29,364 nucleotides of DNA from a virus (IMGVR_UViG_3300009435_000037:1-29364), one strand, 5' to 3'; positions 1 through 9,406 are shown, numbered from the stretch's first letter. Program-made: numbers and translations. The notes: generated from the sequence alone by a model not told the origin.

Positions 1-2
1 CA

Positions 3-437
3 GAGATTGACCGTGTAGGTGCCATTTTAGAGATGGCTATGATTACATTTGAAAAGCAGACATTTTACACGGCATCTAAATTAATAGCAGCGAAGACAGC
101 ATGGGCTGTGATTTTGGCTTGCGCCTGGGCGTATGATAATAGCTTTATGATCGCGGACCACAACGCATTCTTTAATGCTGTGAAAAAGAATGATGACGAA
201 TTAATCGATCAAGGAGAAAGAGCTTTTATCGCCGCTAAGGACGCTACGATTGCCAATGGTGGGGATCCTACCGATGTGACAAGAAATCGCTACTACCACG
301 CATGGCCGGGGCTTCCCCATCAAAAGGGCCCCCGAGCTAAGCGTAATCGCGATCTTTGCGCGCGCCTCGACACTTTTGTGACGAGTAGTGATCTCGGAAG
401 CTTAGGCTTAGTAGAAGTAAAAGACTTGGCCGCATAG
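3..437 (+). CDS. Hypothetical protein, probably 5'-truncated by the window edge
   Basis: The frame of the 33..437 ORF is open back to position 3 (gag att gac cgt gta ggt gcc att tta gag atg); no recognisable motif. Confidence 0.6.
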   Translation, partial: EIDRVGAILEMAMITFEKQTFYTASKLIAAKTAWAVILACAWAYDNSFMIADHNAFFNAVKKNDDELIDQGERAFIAAKDATIANGGDPTDVTRNRYYHAWPGLPHQKGPRAKRNRDLCARLDTFVTSSDLGSLGLVEVKDLAA

Positions 438-452
438 GGCCACAACCGCAGG

Positions 453-475
453 GAGGCATGGGTTACAGATGCCTC
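453..475 (+). other. Intergenic stem-loop (GAGGCAT-9 nt-ATGCCTC)
   Basis: Perfect 7-bp inverted repeat in the 438-510 intergenic gap, with no poly-T tail. Confidence 0.45.
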
Positions 476-510
476 AACTTATCACAACAACAACATTATA
501 AAGGAAGAAA

Positions 511-1041
511 ATGAGTGATTTTATTAACAAGCTCCGCGAGCTTAACGTTTCAGAGGATACGTTCCTAACCCTATCATACACCGAGGGAAATGATGTATGG
601 CATATTAACGACGGTTACGTCAACGATTCAGTTTATGAGACTGAGACAGCAGGATACTTAGGTAATCTTCTGGCTTCTAATATTCCAGTGTATTCCCAGT
701 ATGGTAGTACAAGTGAAGGAAATGATCTTCTAAACGCAATGCGCGCCGATGGAGAGCTTGACGAGTATGAGCGAGGAGATGAGTATTTTAATGAGTTCCT
801 AACCGAGAGGCTTCAGGTAACCATTTATGAGGGTGAGTATTCACTAGAGTATTCAACCGAGCAGTATGACTACAAGCGTGGTCGCTGTGATATCTCTACA
901 TCTGTCCGTGTTCGTGCTGGTGATCTTTATGCCGCACAAGCAGCAACCAATGGGCGATTCGCAACATTTGATGCTGATACTTTCGTTCTTGGGTTCAACG
1001 TTTCAGTTGAAACCGACAACGGCACACTAACTCTAAACTAG
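511..1041 (+). CDS. Hypothetical acidic protein (176 aa)
   Basis: ORF with AAGGA RBS upstream, co-directional with neighbours; no recognised motif. Confidence 0.75.
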   Translation: MSDFINKLRELNVSEDTFLTLSYTEGNDVWHINDGYVNDSVYETETAGYLGNLLASNIPVYSQYGSTSEGNDLLNAMRADGELDEYERGDEYFNEFLTERLQVTIYEGEYSLEYSTEQYDYKRGRCDISTSVRVRAGDLYAAQAATNGRFATFDADTFVLGFNVSVETDNGTLTLN

Positions 1042-1054
1042 AAAGGATAAGAAT

Positions 1055-1270
1055 ATGTTTAAAAACCTAAATAAGATGATGCTTTTTATATTTTTGATTT
1101 GCTTTATGGGTCTCGCCACTGTATTGTTCAGTGGCTGTCCTTCTGAGGCTGATGACGATGATTCGTCAGTAGCTGACGACGACGACTCTGGTGACGACGA
1201 CGACTCATCTGATGATGATGATTCCTCTGATGACGACGATTCGGCCGACGACGACGACAGCGCGGAGTAA
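1055..1270 (+). CDS. Small predicted lipoprotein with Asp/Ser-rich (DDDDS)x6 tail
   Basis: Basic N-terminus, hydrophobic stretch, lipobox-like LFSG|C, then six DDDDS units; AAGGA RBS. Confidence 0.7.
   Translation: MFKNLNKMMLFIFLICFMGLATVLFSGCPSEADDDDSSVADDDDSGDDDDSSDDDDSSDDDDSADDDDSAE
1151..1261 (+). repeat. Coding tandem repeat, six DDDDS units
   Basis: GAY-GAY-GAY-GAY-Ser repeats with mixed GAT/GAC codons. Confidence 0.85.
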
Positions 1271-1429
1271 ATGATGCTGACGGTGATGGCTCTAATATTG
1301 ATGTTCATTTATATGTTGGAGCTTCACCGTCAGGTTACTCAAATAAGCGAACAAGTAACTCAACTACATCGCGATTTCATAGAAGACACAAATACAAGAT
1401 ACGGAGAGAAGATAGATGGCGAAAAGTAA
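1271..1429 (+). CDS. Small membrane-anchored protein (52 aa, not in ORF track)
   Basis: Manual translation MMLTVMALILMFIYMLELHRQVTQISEQVTQLHRDFIEDTNTRYGEKIDGEK*. GGAG RBS just upstream; fills the gap between the lipoprotein and recA; N-terminal hydrophobic helix followed by a heptad-like pattern. Confidence 0.6.
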   Translation: MMLTVMALILMFIYMLELHRQVTQISEQVTQLHRDFIEDTNTRYGEKIDGEK

Positions 1430-2537
1430 ATCAAAGGCGGGTAAGATCTCAATTGACGGCCTACGTTCTTTAATCAATAAGACTTCGGGCGTGGAAGTCG
1501 CTCATAACCTAAGAGAGGCAAATCCAACAGAAGTTAAAGAGTGGATTCCCACTGGCTCACGCTGGCTAGATTCTATTATATGTCGGGGCAGACTTGCTGG
1601 TATTCCAGTAGGCAAGATTTCCGAGATTGCTGGATTAGAAGCAACAGGCAAGTCTTTTATGGCTGCGCAGATTGCTGCTTCTGCTCAAAAGATGGGAATG
1701 GTGGTTGTTTATCTAGACTCAGAGTCAGCCATTGATCCAGAGTTCTTAGAGCGAGCAGGATGTAACTTGGAGGATCTGATTTATGTTCAAACTCAATCAG
1801 TAGAGCATGTTCTTGAAACTGTTGAAAACATCTTGAATACTGGAACCGAAAGAGTTCTTTTCATCTGGGACTCTTTGGCTTTAACACCAACTATTTCAGA
1901 TGTTGAAGGAGACTTTAATCCACAGTCATCAATGGCGATGAAGGCTAGGATTCTATCAAAGGGAATGTCTAAACTTACAATCCCGATTGCGAATACTAGA
2001 TCAGCATTCTTGGTTCTAAACCAGTTAAAGGTTAATATCCCATCTGGTCCAAATGCGCGTATTATCGCTATGACTACTCCGTATGTTACTCCTGGCGGTA
2101 AGGCGATGCATTATGCTTACTCACTGCGAATCTGGCTAACTGGACGAAAGGCAAAGTCTTCTTTCATTGAGGACGAAAGCGGCTTCCGTATTGGCTCAGA
2201 GGTAAAGGTAAAGTTGGAGAAGTCACGATTTGGAACACAAGGCCGAAACTGTGCTTTTAAGATTCTCTGGGGCACTAATGAAGTAGGAGTTCAAGATGAA
2301 GAGAGTTGGCTAGAAGCAATCAAGGGCTCGGATAATCTAAGGAATGCGGGAGCTTGGTATACACTCTTCTATGCTGACGGTAAAGAAGAGAAGTTTCAAA
2401 AGGCTCACTGGACTGAAAAGTTACAGAACGAAAACTTTAGAAACCGAGTGTTTGAGATTATGGATGAGGAAATCATCGGCAAGTTTGATAAAAGGGAGGG
2501 ATCCGCTGAGGACTTTTACGACGTAGACAAAGAGTAG
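1416..2537 (+). CDS. recA: RecA/UvsX-family recombinase
   Basis: IPTGS..LD, GIPVGKISEIAGLEATGKS (Walker A), YLDSE, IWDSL (Walker B), LNQL, TPGGKAMHYAYSLRI, AGAWY. Confidence 0.95.
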   Translation: MAKSKSKAGKISIDGLRSLINKTSGVEVAHNLREANPTEVKEWIPTGSRWLDSIICRGRLAGIPVGKISEIAGLEATGKSFMAAQIAASAQKMGMVVVYLDSESAIDPEFLERAGCNLEDLIYVQTQSVEHVLETVENILNTGTERVLFIWDSLALTPTISDVEGDFNPQSSMAMKARILSKGMSKLTIPIANTRSAFLVLNQLKVNIPSGPNARIIAMTTPYVTPGGKAMHYAYSLRIWLTGRKAKSSFIEDESGFRIGSEVKVKLEKSRFGTQGRNCAFKILWGTNEVGVQDEESWLEAIKGSDNLRNAGAWYTLFYADGKEEKFQKAHWTEKLQNENFRNRVFEIMDEEIIGKFDKREGSAEDFYDVDKE

Positions 2538-2552
2538 AATCTTAAACGGTTC

Positions 2553-2581
2553 TTGACAAACAGGCGGCTATGGGGTATTAT
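2553..2581 (+). promoter_or_regulatory. Sigma70-type promoter overlapped by an inverted repeat
   Basis: TTGACA (2553-2558), 17 nt, TATTAT (2576-2581); GCGGCTATGG/CCATAGCCGC arms at 2564-2573 and 2586-2595. Confidence 0.8.
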
Positions 2582-2616
2582 AACTCCATAGCCGCTTCAT
2601 ATATAGGAGATTACAG

Positions 2617-3585
2617 ATGAAGAGAGTAATGATTGTTGATGCCCTGAATGCTTATTTCAGGGCTTTTATTGTAAACCCAAGCATTTCCATCCACGGACAA
2701 CCGATTGGAGGACTCAAGGGTTTCTTAGGGATCCTACAGAAGCTTTGCCGAGATATTAAGCCAGATAGTATTGTGATTATCTGGGATGGCCCCGGAGGCT
2801 CTCGCAAGCGCCGCGAACAAAACAAGAACTATAAAGCAGGAAGAAAGCCTATTCGGGTTAATCGCCCAAACAATCTTTCTCCAGAGCAGCAGCAGGAGAA
2901 TATGGTATGGCAGCAGGTTCGCTTGCTTGAATACTTGAATGAACTACCAGTGATCCAGTTTCGTTTTGATGAGATCGAAGCAGACGACGTTATCTCCTAT
3001 GTAAGCCGCATGTCTCATTATGATGGATGGCAGAAGGTTATTGTTTCTAATGATAAGGACTTCATTCAACTTTGTGACGATGAAACAGTCTTGTTTCGAC
3101 CAACTCAAAAGGTAGTTCACAACAAGATGAATGTTGTAGAACAGTTTGATATTCACCCTCGTAACTTTGCTATTGCTCGCGCCATTGCCGGGGATCCATC
3201 CGACAATCTTGATGGAGTTCCAAGAGCAGGATTGAAATCTATCGCAAAAAAGCTTAATTTTTTGAGGGAAGATAAAGACGTAACATTACACGAACTTTTT
3301 GATTTTTGCGAAAATATTGACTCCAAAGCAAAGTTTTTTACGAACATTTTAAGTCACAAGGATGTAGTTATTAGTAACTATAAACTTATGCAACTGTATG
3401 CGCCCGCTATTTCGTTGCAAAGCCAAGAAAAGGTTCATTATACCCTAAACAACTTTGAGCACGACTATAATAAGACCGAGATTCTTCGAATGATGAATCA
3501 GGACGGTTTTGGTGTTTTTAACTGGGAGGATTTACACGCAACTATGAATAGAATTTGTATTGACAAAGCATTGGTGAAGGAGTAA
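2617..3585 (+). CDS. 5'-3' exonuclease / flap endonuclease (T4 RNase H / Pol I N-terminal family)
   Basis: IVDALN, WDGPGGSRKRR...YKAGR, EADDVI, SNDKDFIQL and GDPSDNLDGV acidic metal-binding motifs; AGGAG RBS. Confidence 0.93.
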   Translation: MKRVMIVDALNAYFRAFIVNPSISIHGQPIGGLKGFLGILQKLCRDIKPDSIVIIWDGPGGSRKRREQNKNYKAGRKPIRVNRPNNLSPEQQQENMVWQQVRLLEYLNELPVIQFRFDEIEADDVISYVSRMSHYDGWQKVIVSNDKDFIQLCDDETVLFRPTQKVVHNKMNVVEQFDIHPRNFAIARAIAGDPSDNLDGVPRAGLKSIAKKLNFLREDKDVTLHELFDFCENIDSKAKFFTNILSHKDVVISNYKLMQLYAPAISLQSQEKVHYTLNNFEHDYNKTEILRMMNQDGFGVFNWEDLHATMNRICIDKALVKE

Positions 3586-3588
3586 GAT
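3560..3588 (+). promoter_or_regulatory. Sigma70-type promoter for the helicase gene
   Basis: TTGACA (3560-3565), 17 nt, TAAGAT (3583-3588), inside the 3' end of the exonuclease gene. Confidence 0.65.
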
Positions 3589-3594
3589 GTGGCT

Positions 3595-4974
3595 ATGACT
3601 CAAACGATTATTGGAAAGCCTGAGAACTCTAGTTTCTCAAAGTATGGAAAGTCCTTTCAAGAAAAGCTTTGTATGGTGATACTAGATGACCGTGCTTTTG
3701 CGGATCAGATAGAAGAAGTGCTAGATATTAACTTTTTAGAGTTGAACTATCTTAAGTTATTCTTAAACAAAGTATTATCTTACCGCGTAAAGTATGGAGT
3801 TCATCCCTCACGCGACATTATGAAGACTATTCTTCGTTCTGACTTGGACAATGAAAATGAGCTTACTGCAAAGCAAGTAAGAGAGTTCTATGTTCGATCA
3901 CAAATCACAGATCTAACGGATATTGATTATATCAAGGATACATCGCTAGATTTCTGTAAAAAGCAGAATCTTAAGTCTGCGATGGTTAAGTCTATTGGCT
4001 TGCTACAATCATCATCATTTGATGAGATTTCAAAGGTGATAAATGACTCACTTAAGCTTGGAATGGACAATGAAGAAGGATATGATTGGAAGAGAGACTT
4101 TGAAGAAAGGTTCAAGCCAAAGTTTAGAAACCCGATTTCTAGCGGATGGGATCTGATTGATAATATCAGCAAGGGTGGATTAGGACAAAAGGAACTTGGG
4201 GTGGTTATTGCTCCAACTGGTGCCGGAAAGTCAATGGCTTTGGTTCACTTAGGAACAGAAGCCCTTCGTGCTGGTAAAACAGTGGTTCATTACACCCTAG
4301 AACTTCAAGATACAGTGGTAGCATCACGCTATGACTCCTGTCTTACTAAGATTCCACTAGGAAGCCTTACATCCTTTAAAGAGAAGATTTATGAAGAGGT
4401 TCAGGACATTGAAGGCAGACTGATTGTAAAGGAATACCCAACAAAGTCAGCCAGCACGCAAACAATCCGAAATCACTTGGAAAAGTTGCGAATGCGCAAT
4501 ATTGAAATCGATATGATTATCATTGATTATGGTGATCTATTGCGTCCAGTTAGATACCAGAAAGAAAAGAGAAACGAACTAGAATCCATCTACGAAGAGT
4601 TGCGTGGTCTTGCGTCTGAATACGAAGCGCCAGTTTGGACTGCTTCACAAACAAACAGATCCGGCTTAAACGCAGAAGTCATTACAATGGAATCTATTTC
4701 AGAAGCGTTCAGCAAATGCTTTGTCGCTGATTTTATCTTTAGTATTTCACGAACTGTGGATGATAAGGTCGCCAACACTGGTCGTCTCTTTATAGCAAAG
4801 AATCGTAATGGTCCCGATGGGATTGTCTTTCCATTATTTATGGATACAAGCACAGTCAGTATTAAGGTACTGGAACAAAGTGAGGAAGATGAGAATGTAG
4901 AAGTGAATGCTACAAAGTATAAGCAGACACTTGCCGAGAAATACAAGAACTTTAAGAAAAACAAAAAGGAATAA
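3595..4974 (+). CDS. Replicative DNA helicase, DnaB / T4 gp41-like (SF4)
   Basis: APTGAGKS (Walker A), YTLE, IVKEYPT, IIIDYGDLL, TASQTNR, AKNRNGP. Start may be GTG 3589 or ATG 3595. Confidence 0.93.
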   Translation: MTQTIIGKPENSSFSKYGKSFQEKLCMVILDDRAFADQIEEVLDINFLELNYLKLFLNKVLSYRVKYGVHPSRDIMKTILRSDLDNENELTAKQVREFYVRSQITDLTDIDYIKDTSLDFCKKQNLKSAMVKSIGLLQSSSFDEISKVINDSLKLGMDNEEGYDWKRDFEERFKPKFRNPISSGWDLIDNISKGGLGQKELGVVIAPTGAGKSMALVHLGTEALRAGKTVVHYTLELQDTVVASRYDSCLTKIPLGSLTSFKEKIYEEVQDIEGRLIVKEYPTKSASTQTIRNHLEKLRMRNIEIDMIIIDYGDLLRPVRYQKEKRNELESIYEELRGLASEYEAPVWTASQTNRSGLNAEVITMESISEAFSKCFVADFIFSISRTVDDKVANTGRLFIAKNRNGPDGIVFPLFMDTSTVSIKVLEQSEEDENVEVNATKYKQTLAEKYKNFKKNKKE

Positions 4975-4979
4975 TAAAA

Positions 4980-7394
4980 ATGTACAATGAGGAACAAGTA
5001 AAAGAAGCAACACTAGCTTATTTTAATGGTGATGAACTAGCCACAAATGTCTTTATGACAAAGTATTGTTTAAGAGACAAGAAAGGCAACTATGTTGAGA
5101 AAACACCTGATGATATGCATAGACGCCTTGCGGCAGAGTTTGCTCGTATGGAAGATAAGTTTGGGGATACAGGTCCCACTGAAAACGAGATCTATTCTTT
5201 CTTAAAAGACTTCAAATACATCGTTCCTCAGGGTTCTCCTATGATGGGTGTGGGAAATGATTATGTTAATGTTTCGCTCTCTAACTGCGTGGTTGTCGAC
5301 AATCCTCAGGACTCTGTTTCTTCTATTATGGATGCCGGTAAAGATATTGCTAATCTATTTAAGCGTCGTTGTGGGGTTGGTCTGGATATTTCTGATTTAC
5401 GTCCCGAAGGCGCTCCCGTTAACAACTCTGCTCGCACTACAACTGGCGCTTGGTCTTTTGCTGATTTTTATTCTTACGTCTGTCGTATGATCGGACAGAA
5501 TGGTCGTCGCGGTGCTCTAATGCTTTCAATGGATATTCGCCATCCGGATATTCAAAAGTTTGTTAGAATGAAGCACGATCTTACAAAGGTCACAGGAGCC
5601 AACGTATCTGTTAAGATAAGCGACAGTTTTATGGAAGCAGTTGAGAAAGGAGAACAGTTCACTTTACAGTTCCCGGTTGATGCTGAAACTCCAACACATT
5701 TAAGCGAGGTTAATGCTGTTGAACTTTGGAATGAGATTGTAGAGTCTGCTACAAAGACAGCAGAGCCTGGACTTCTTATGTGGGACAACATCACAAAGAA
5801 CCTTCCAGCACATTCTTACCCACAGTTCCAAACAAAGACAACAAACCCTTGTGGAGAGATTCCTCTTTCTGCTTATGATTCTTGTCGTTTGATTTCTTTA
5901 AACCTCAAACATCTCGTTACAGACGCCTTTACAGACAAAGCAGCATTTGACTTTAATAAGTTAAAGCAGATTGTTGCTGTTGGTATGCGACTTTCTGACG
6001 ATCTTGTAGAGTTAGAGTTGGAGAAGTTACAGAACATCCGGAATGTAGCAGATTCGGAAGATGAAAAGGTTTTATGGACAAAGTTATACGATGCCGCCGC
6101 CAATGGTCGCCGCACAGGCTTGGGGACACATGGTCTTGCTGATGCTGTTGCTAGAATGAACTTGTCGTATGACTCTGATGAGGCTGTAACCTTGATTGAG
6201 CAGATATATGAGATTGTTAGAGATACGGCTTACACAGAAAGTTGCTATCTTGCGCAAGAGCGTGGAGCATTCCCAGCATTTAACTGGGAGACAGAAAGCA
6301 ACAACGCTTACATTCAGCGTCTTCCACAAGAGATACAAGCTTTGATCCAGACGACTGGACGACGTAACATTTCTATTCTTACAAATGCGCCAACTGGTTC
6401 TGTTTCTATTATGTCGCAGACTTCATCTGGTTTGGAGCCTGTATTCAAGAACTTCTACATTCGTCGTCGTAAGTTGTCTCACAATGAGTTGGGTGTTGAA
6501 GCAGATTTCGTTGATGATCTAGGAGATCGTTGGTTGGAGTATAAGGTATTCCACCACAATGTTCGCGAATATCTCAATCTAATGAAAACAGAGGATATTC
6601 CAAGCTTCTTTGTAGAATCTGATTCTATTGATTGGTCACAGCGAGTCGTTATTCAAGCCGCGATCCAAAAGTCTATTGATCACAGTATTAGTTCTACTAT
6701 CAATCTTCCAAAGGGCACATCCCCGGAGGTTGTTGGAAAACTATACCAGCAAGGTTGGAAGATGGGGTTGAAAGGCATTACTGTATATGTTGACGGATCC
6801 CGAACAGGAGTTCTATTAACCGAGTCAGAAAAAGAAGAGAAAGAAGCATTTCCACAGTATTCCGCACCTAGACGCCCGGAAGAACTGGAATGTGATATTC
6901 ACCACACTACTATCAAGGGTGAAAAGTGGGCGATTGTTGTTGGATTATATGAAGGCAAGCCATACGAACTAATGGGTGGTCGTTCTGATTTGATCGAGAT
7001 CCCAAGAAGTAGAGTTACAGGATTTTTGGTTAAACATCGATTTAAGACAAAAAACTCTGTTTATGACTTGCGCATCGGAACGAATGGTGATACAGTTATC
7101 GTGAAGGACCTAGTAAAGACCTTTGATAACCCAAACCACAGTGCTTTCACTCGTATGATCTCACTTGGTTTGCGTCACGGAGCAAACATACAATATGTTG
7201 TAGAGCAGTTACAGAAAGACAAGGACTCTGATATGTTCTCGTTTTCAAGATGTATCGCTCGTATATTAAAGAACTACATTCCTGATGGACAGGAAGCAAC
7301 AGAGAAGACTTGTCCTGAATGTGGTGAAGATGGTTTGGTTTATGTTGAAGGTTGTGTAACTTGCACCTCTTGCGGTTTTGCAAAGTGCGGATAG
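4980..7394 (+). CDS. nrdJ: Class II (adenosylcobalamin-dependent) ribonucleotide reductase
   Basis: SLSNC, TNPCGEIPL active-site loop, APTGSVS, SISSTINLP, GLKGITVYVDGSR, C-terminal CPECG...EGCVTCTSCGFAKCG; no nrdB-like beta subunit in the window. Confidence 0.88.
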   Translation: MYNEEQVKEATLAYFNGDELATNVFMTKYCLRDKKGNYVEKTPDDMHRRLAAEFARMEDKFGDTGPTENEIYSFLKDFKYIVPQGSPMMGVGNDYVNVSLSNCVVVDNPQDSVSSIMDAGKDIANLFKRRCGVGLDISDLRPEGAPVNNSARTTTGAWSFADFYSYVCRMIGQNGRRGALMLSMDIRHPDIQKFVRMKHDLTKVTGANVSVKISDSFMEAVEKGEQFTLQFPVDAETPTHLSEVNAVELWNEIVESATKTAEPGLLMWDNITKNLPAHSYPQFQTKTTNPCGEIPLSAYDSCRLISLNLKHLVTDAFTDKAAFDFNKLKQIVAVGMRLSDDLVELELEKLQNIRNVADSEDEKVLWTKLYDAAANGRRTGLGTHGLADAVARMNLSYDSDEAVTLIEQIYEIVRDTAYTESCYLAQERGAFPAFNWETESNNAYIQRLPQEIQALIQTTGRRNISILTNAPTGSVSIMSQTSSGLEPVFKNFYIRRRKLSHNELGVEADFVDDLGDRWLEYKVFHHNVREYLNLMKTEDIPSFFVESDSIDWSQRVVIQAAIQKSIDHSISSTINLPKGTSPEVVGKLYQQGWKMGLKGITVYVDGSRTGVLLTESEKEEKEAFPQYSAPRRPEELECDIHHTTIKGEKWAIVVGLYEGKPYELMGGRSDLIEIPRSRVTGFLVKHRFKTKNSVYDLRIGTNGDTVIVKDLVKTFDNPNHSAFTRMISLGLRHGANIQYVVEQLQKDKDSDMFSFSRCIARILKNYIPDGQEATEKTCPECGEDGLVYVEGCVTCTSCGFAKCG

Positions 7395-7402
7395 GAGATA
7401 AA

Positions 7403-7678
7403 ATGAACTTTGTACCAGTAAACAATTACCTATACATTAGGACAATAGATGAAGAAGACGACAACACAGGAATCTTGCTTCCACAAGATTATCGATCAGT
7501 GGAATCACCACACGCAGTTGCCGAGTTATTGCAAACTCACACAACTACTAATAATGTAATGTGGGCTCGCGGTATTCATTTGGTTGTTGAGGCGCATATG
7601 ATGAAGGACATACAATATAACGGAGATACTTTCACGGTTGTTAAGGAAAACCACGTAATAGGGATTTTATCCGATTAA
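7403..7678 (+). CDS. groES: GroES-like co-chaperonin (divergent)
   Basis: From ATG 7403 (AGGAG RBS): MNFVPVNNYLYI, GILLP mobile loop, YNGDTFTVVKENHVIGIL C-terminus; 91 aa. Confidence 0.7.
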   Translation: MNFVPVNNYLYIRTIDEEDDNTGILLPQDYRSVESPHAVAELLQTHTTTNNVMWARGIHLVVEAHMMKDIQYNGDTFTVVKENHVIGILSD

Positions 7679-7682
7679 ACAA

Positions 7683-7689
7683 CTATTTA
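7683..7689 (+). promoter_or_regulatory. Candidate phage late-promoter motif CTATTTA upstream of the leader array
   Basis: Intergenic AACTATTTAAGTTG; the same or a one-mismatch motif precedes genes at 23857, 24944, 25624 and 28986. Confidence 0.45.
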
Positions 7690-7738
7690 AGTTGTTGAGT
7701 AAAATAGAAACTTAGCAGAACATCCTAGGATTAATAAA

Positions 7739-8128
7739 ATGAAGCTTATAATGGAAAACTGGCGCAAGCTTCTTAAAGAAGAGATTGAACCTGTTGGCGA
7801 TCAACGCGCGCGAATGGCGGCTGCCCACGGCCGGCCCATGGGAGTCTATAATTCTGGACTTAGCCCTGAAGTCAAGAAGGGCACAGAACTTTTTTGGTAT
7901 GAGACTGCTGATGGCGAACATGTGCCTGTAGAAGATCCCCGGTTCGGTGGCCCCGATACAAAGAAAGTTTCTGGCGTTGTTGTTAGGATTGACCCAGGAT
8001 CACCGTCCGAAGATGTCGATTCGACGAACCTCGCCGGCTGGTTCCCCGGGCCATATGTGCTAATAAAGTTTCCCGGTGGCACTATGGAAGTAAATAGAGA
8101 GTGGTGGGACTCGATATTTATCAAATAA
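7739..8128 (+). CDS. Leader-array protein 1 (variant leader MKLIMENWRKLLKEEI + unknown cargo)
   Basis: 129-aa ORF with AGGA RBS; shares MKL...KEEI length and register with the six downstream leaders. Confidence 0.8.
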   Translation: MKLIMENWRKLLKEEIEPVGDQRARMAAAHGRPMGVYNSGLSPEVKKGTELFWYETADGEHVPVEDPRFGGPDTKKVSGVVVRIDPGSPSEDVDSTNLAGWFPGPYVLIKFPGGTMEVNREWWDSIFIK

Positions 8129-8141
8129 AAAGATTTATAAA

Positions 8142-8546
8142 ATGAAGTTAACAAAAGCAAGATTGCGACAGATTATCAAAGAAGAGATCAGCGCATTACA
8201 GAACGAGCCCCGTCCCTCGGTCACTGAGGCTTACCCCGACGATGCCGAAGCCGGACTCGACTCCATCGGTCATGGCTTCATTAAACGCGACGACCCCAGG
8301 CTGCAGCTACTTGATAATGCAGTTGAATATTTCTCTGACAATATACATCAGCCTCCTACCGATATTGATGTAGAAGAGTTTAGATACTATTACAACATAT
8401 ATCAAAAACTGCGATCCTTCCTCACGTCTATCCGCGGCCGCAGATTCGCCTCCAGGCTAGACAGGGGAATCAGGTCACAGTTAAGAGCAATACAAACAGC
8501 TTATGATAAGCAGCTCTTAGACCTCGACGTTAACGATGAGATTTAA
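8142..8546 (+). CDS. Leader-array protein 2 (MKLTKARLRQIIKEEI + unique cargo)
   Basis: 134-aa ORF with the conserved N-terminal leader. Confidence 0.85.
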   Translation: MKLTKARLRQIIKEEISALQNEPRPSVTEAYPDDAEAGLDSIGHGFIKRDDPRLQLLDNAVEYFSDNIHQPPTDIDVEEFRYYYNIYQKLRSFLTSIRGRRFASRLDRGIRSQLRAIQTAYDKQLLDLDVNDEI

Positions 8547-8563
8547 ACAAAAGGATTTATAAA

Positions 8564-8833
8564 ATGAAACTTACAAAAGCAAGATTGCGACAGATCATCA
8601 AAGAAGAAATAAGCACATTACAGAACGAATCTGCCCCGGCAGGTCGCCCACACAAGGTTCGTATGAATAGGTTCGGACGCGTTCTTATTATTAAGGACGC
8701 TGATCACCCTAGTTCTTATGCCGAGCCCGCCCCGGTTACTTTAGAAAAGTTATATGCTGATCTTAATCCTGGGGAAGAAGAGTGGATAAGTGACGAGGAT
8801 CTACAAGCGAATATGGAACTAGATAGGGCCTAA
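8564..8833 (+). CDS. Leader-array protein 3
   Basis: 89-aa ORF; first 22 aa nearly identical to protein 2 (MKLTKARLRQIIKEEIS[A/T]LQNE). Confidence 0.85.
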   Translation: MKLTKARLRQIIKEEISTLQNESAPAGRPHKVRMNRFGRVLIIKDADHPSSYAEPAPVTLEKLYADLNPGEEEWISDEDLQANMELDRA

Positions 8834-8837
8834 GAAA

Positions 8838-9077
8838 ATGAAACTCACCAAAGCAAGATTAAAGCAGATTATTAAAGAAGAGATCGACTTTCGAGGATCC
8901 GGTCTGGAGTTTGATACTTCCGTAGACCCAATGAATGCGTTGGGAGCCGCGCTTGAAGAGGCTATAAAGAAAGCGCAGACTGCCGTAGGGTCAAGCAAAG
9001 ATGGTTATGAAAAACGACTAGCAAGTAAAATCGCAGACACACTTTCCTCTCTAATAGAAGATATAAACGAGATATAA
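8838..9077 (+). CDS. Leader-array protein 4
   Basis: 79-aa ORF; MKLTKARLKQIIKEEI leader. Confidence 0.85.
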   Translation: MKLTKARLKQIIKEEIDFRGSGLEFDTSVDPMNALGAALEEAIKKAQTAVGSSKDGYEKRLASKIADTLSSLIEDINEI

Positions 9078-9078
9078 A

Positions 9079-9402
9079 ATGAAACTAACAAAAACAAAAC
9101 TAAAGCAGATCATCAAAGAAGAAATAGACAGCATACGGGAAGACCGCGATGCCGCAGCCACTGAATATGAGTTATACGCAAGTCTACAAGCAATCTCGAA
9201 AGATCTACAACAGTTCAAAGACGATCTAGATTTTTCTATGGGATTGACGGCTGGTTCACCGAGAACATCACAGATCTCGGAAAAAGTATATGAAATGATA
9301 AGAAAGGGCGCCTACGCGATGGAGCTAGCCCGAAACGCACTCGCACAGGAGATCGGCCAAGACCCGCATCCTGAACTAGCATCAGTAAGACAAGAGGATT
9401 AA
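9079..9402 (+). CDS. Leader-array protein 5
   Basis: 107-aa ORF; MKLTKTKLKQIIKEEI leader. Confidence 0.85.
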   Translation: MKLTKTKLKQIIKEEIDSIREDRDAAATEYELYASLQAISKDLQQFKDDLDFSMGLTAGSPRTSQISEKVYEMIRKGAYAMELARNALAQEIGQDPHPELASVRQED

Positions 9403-9406
9403 CAAA

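Noticed and set aside
1055-1429. Spanin pair (o-spanin + i-spanin)
   Set aside because: Gene order is reversed, the lipoprotein is poly-Asp rather than Pro-rich, both are very short, and no endolysin is adjacent.
7352-7402. Longer N-terminus for the GroES-like ORF (likewise 22149-22235 for the IMPDH/GMPR ORF)
   Set aside because: These extensions overlap upstream genes; RBS position and family similarity favour starts at 7403 and 22236.
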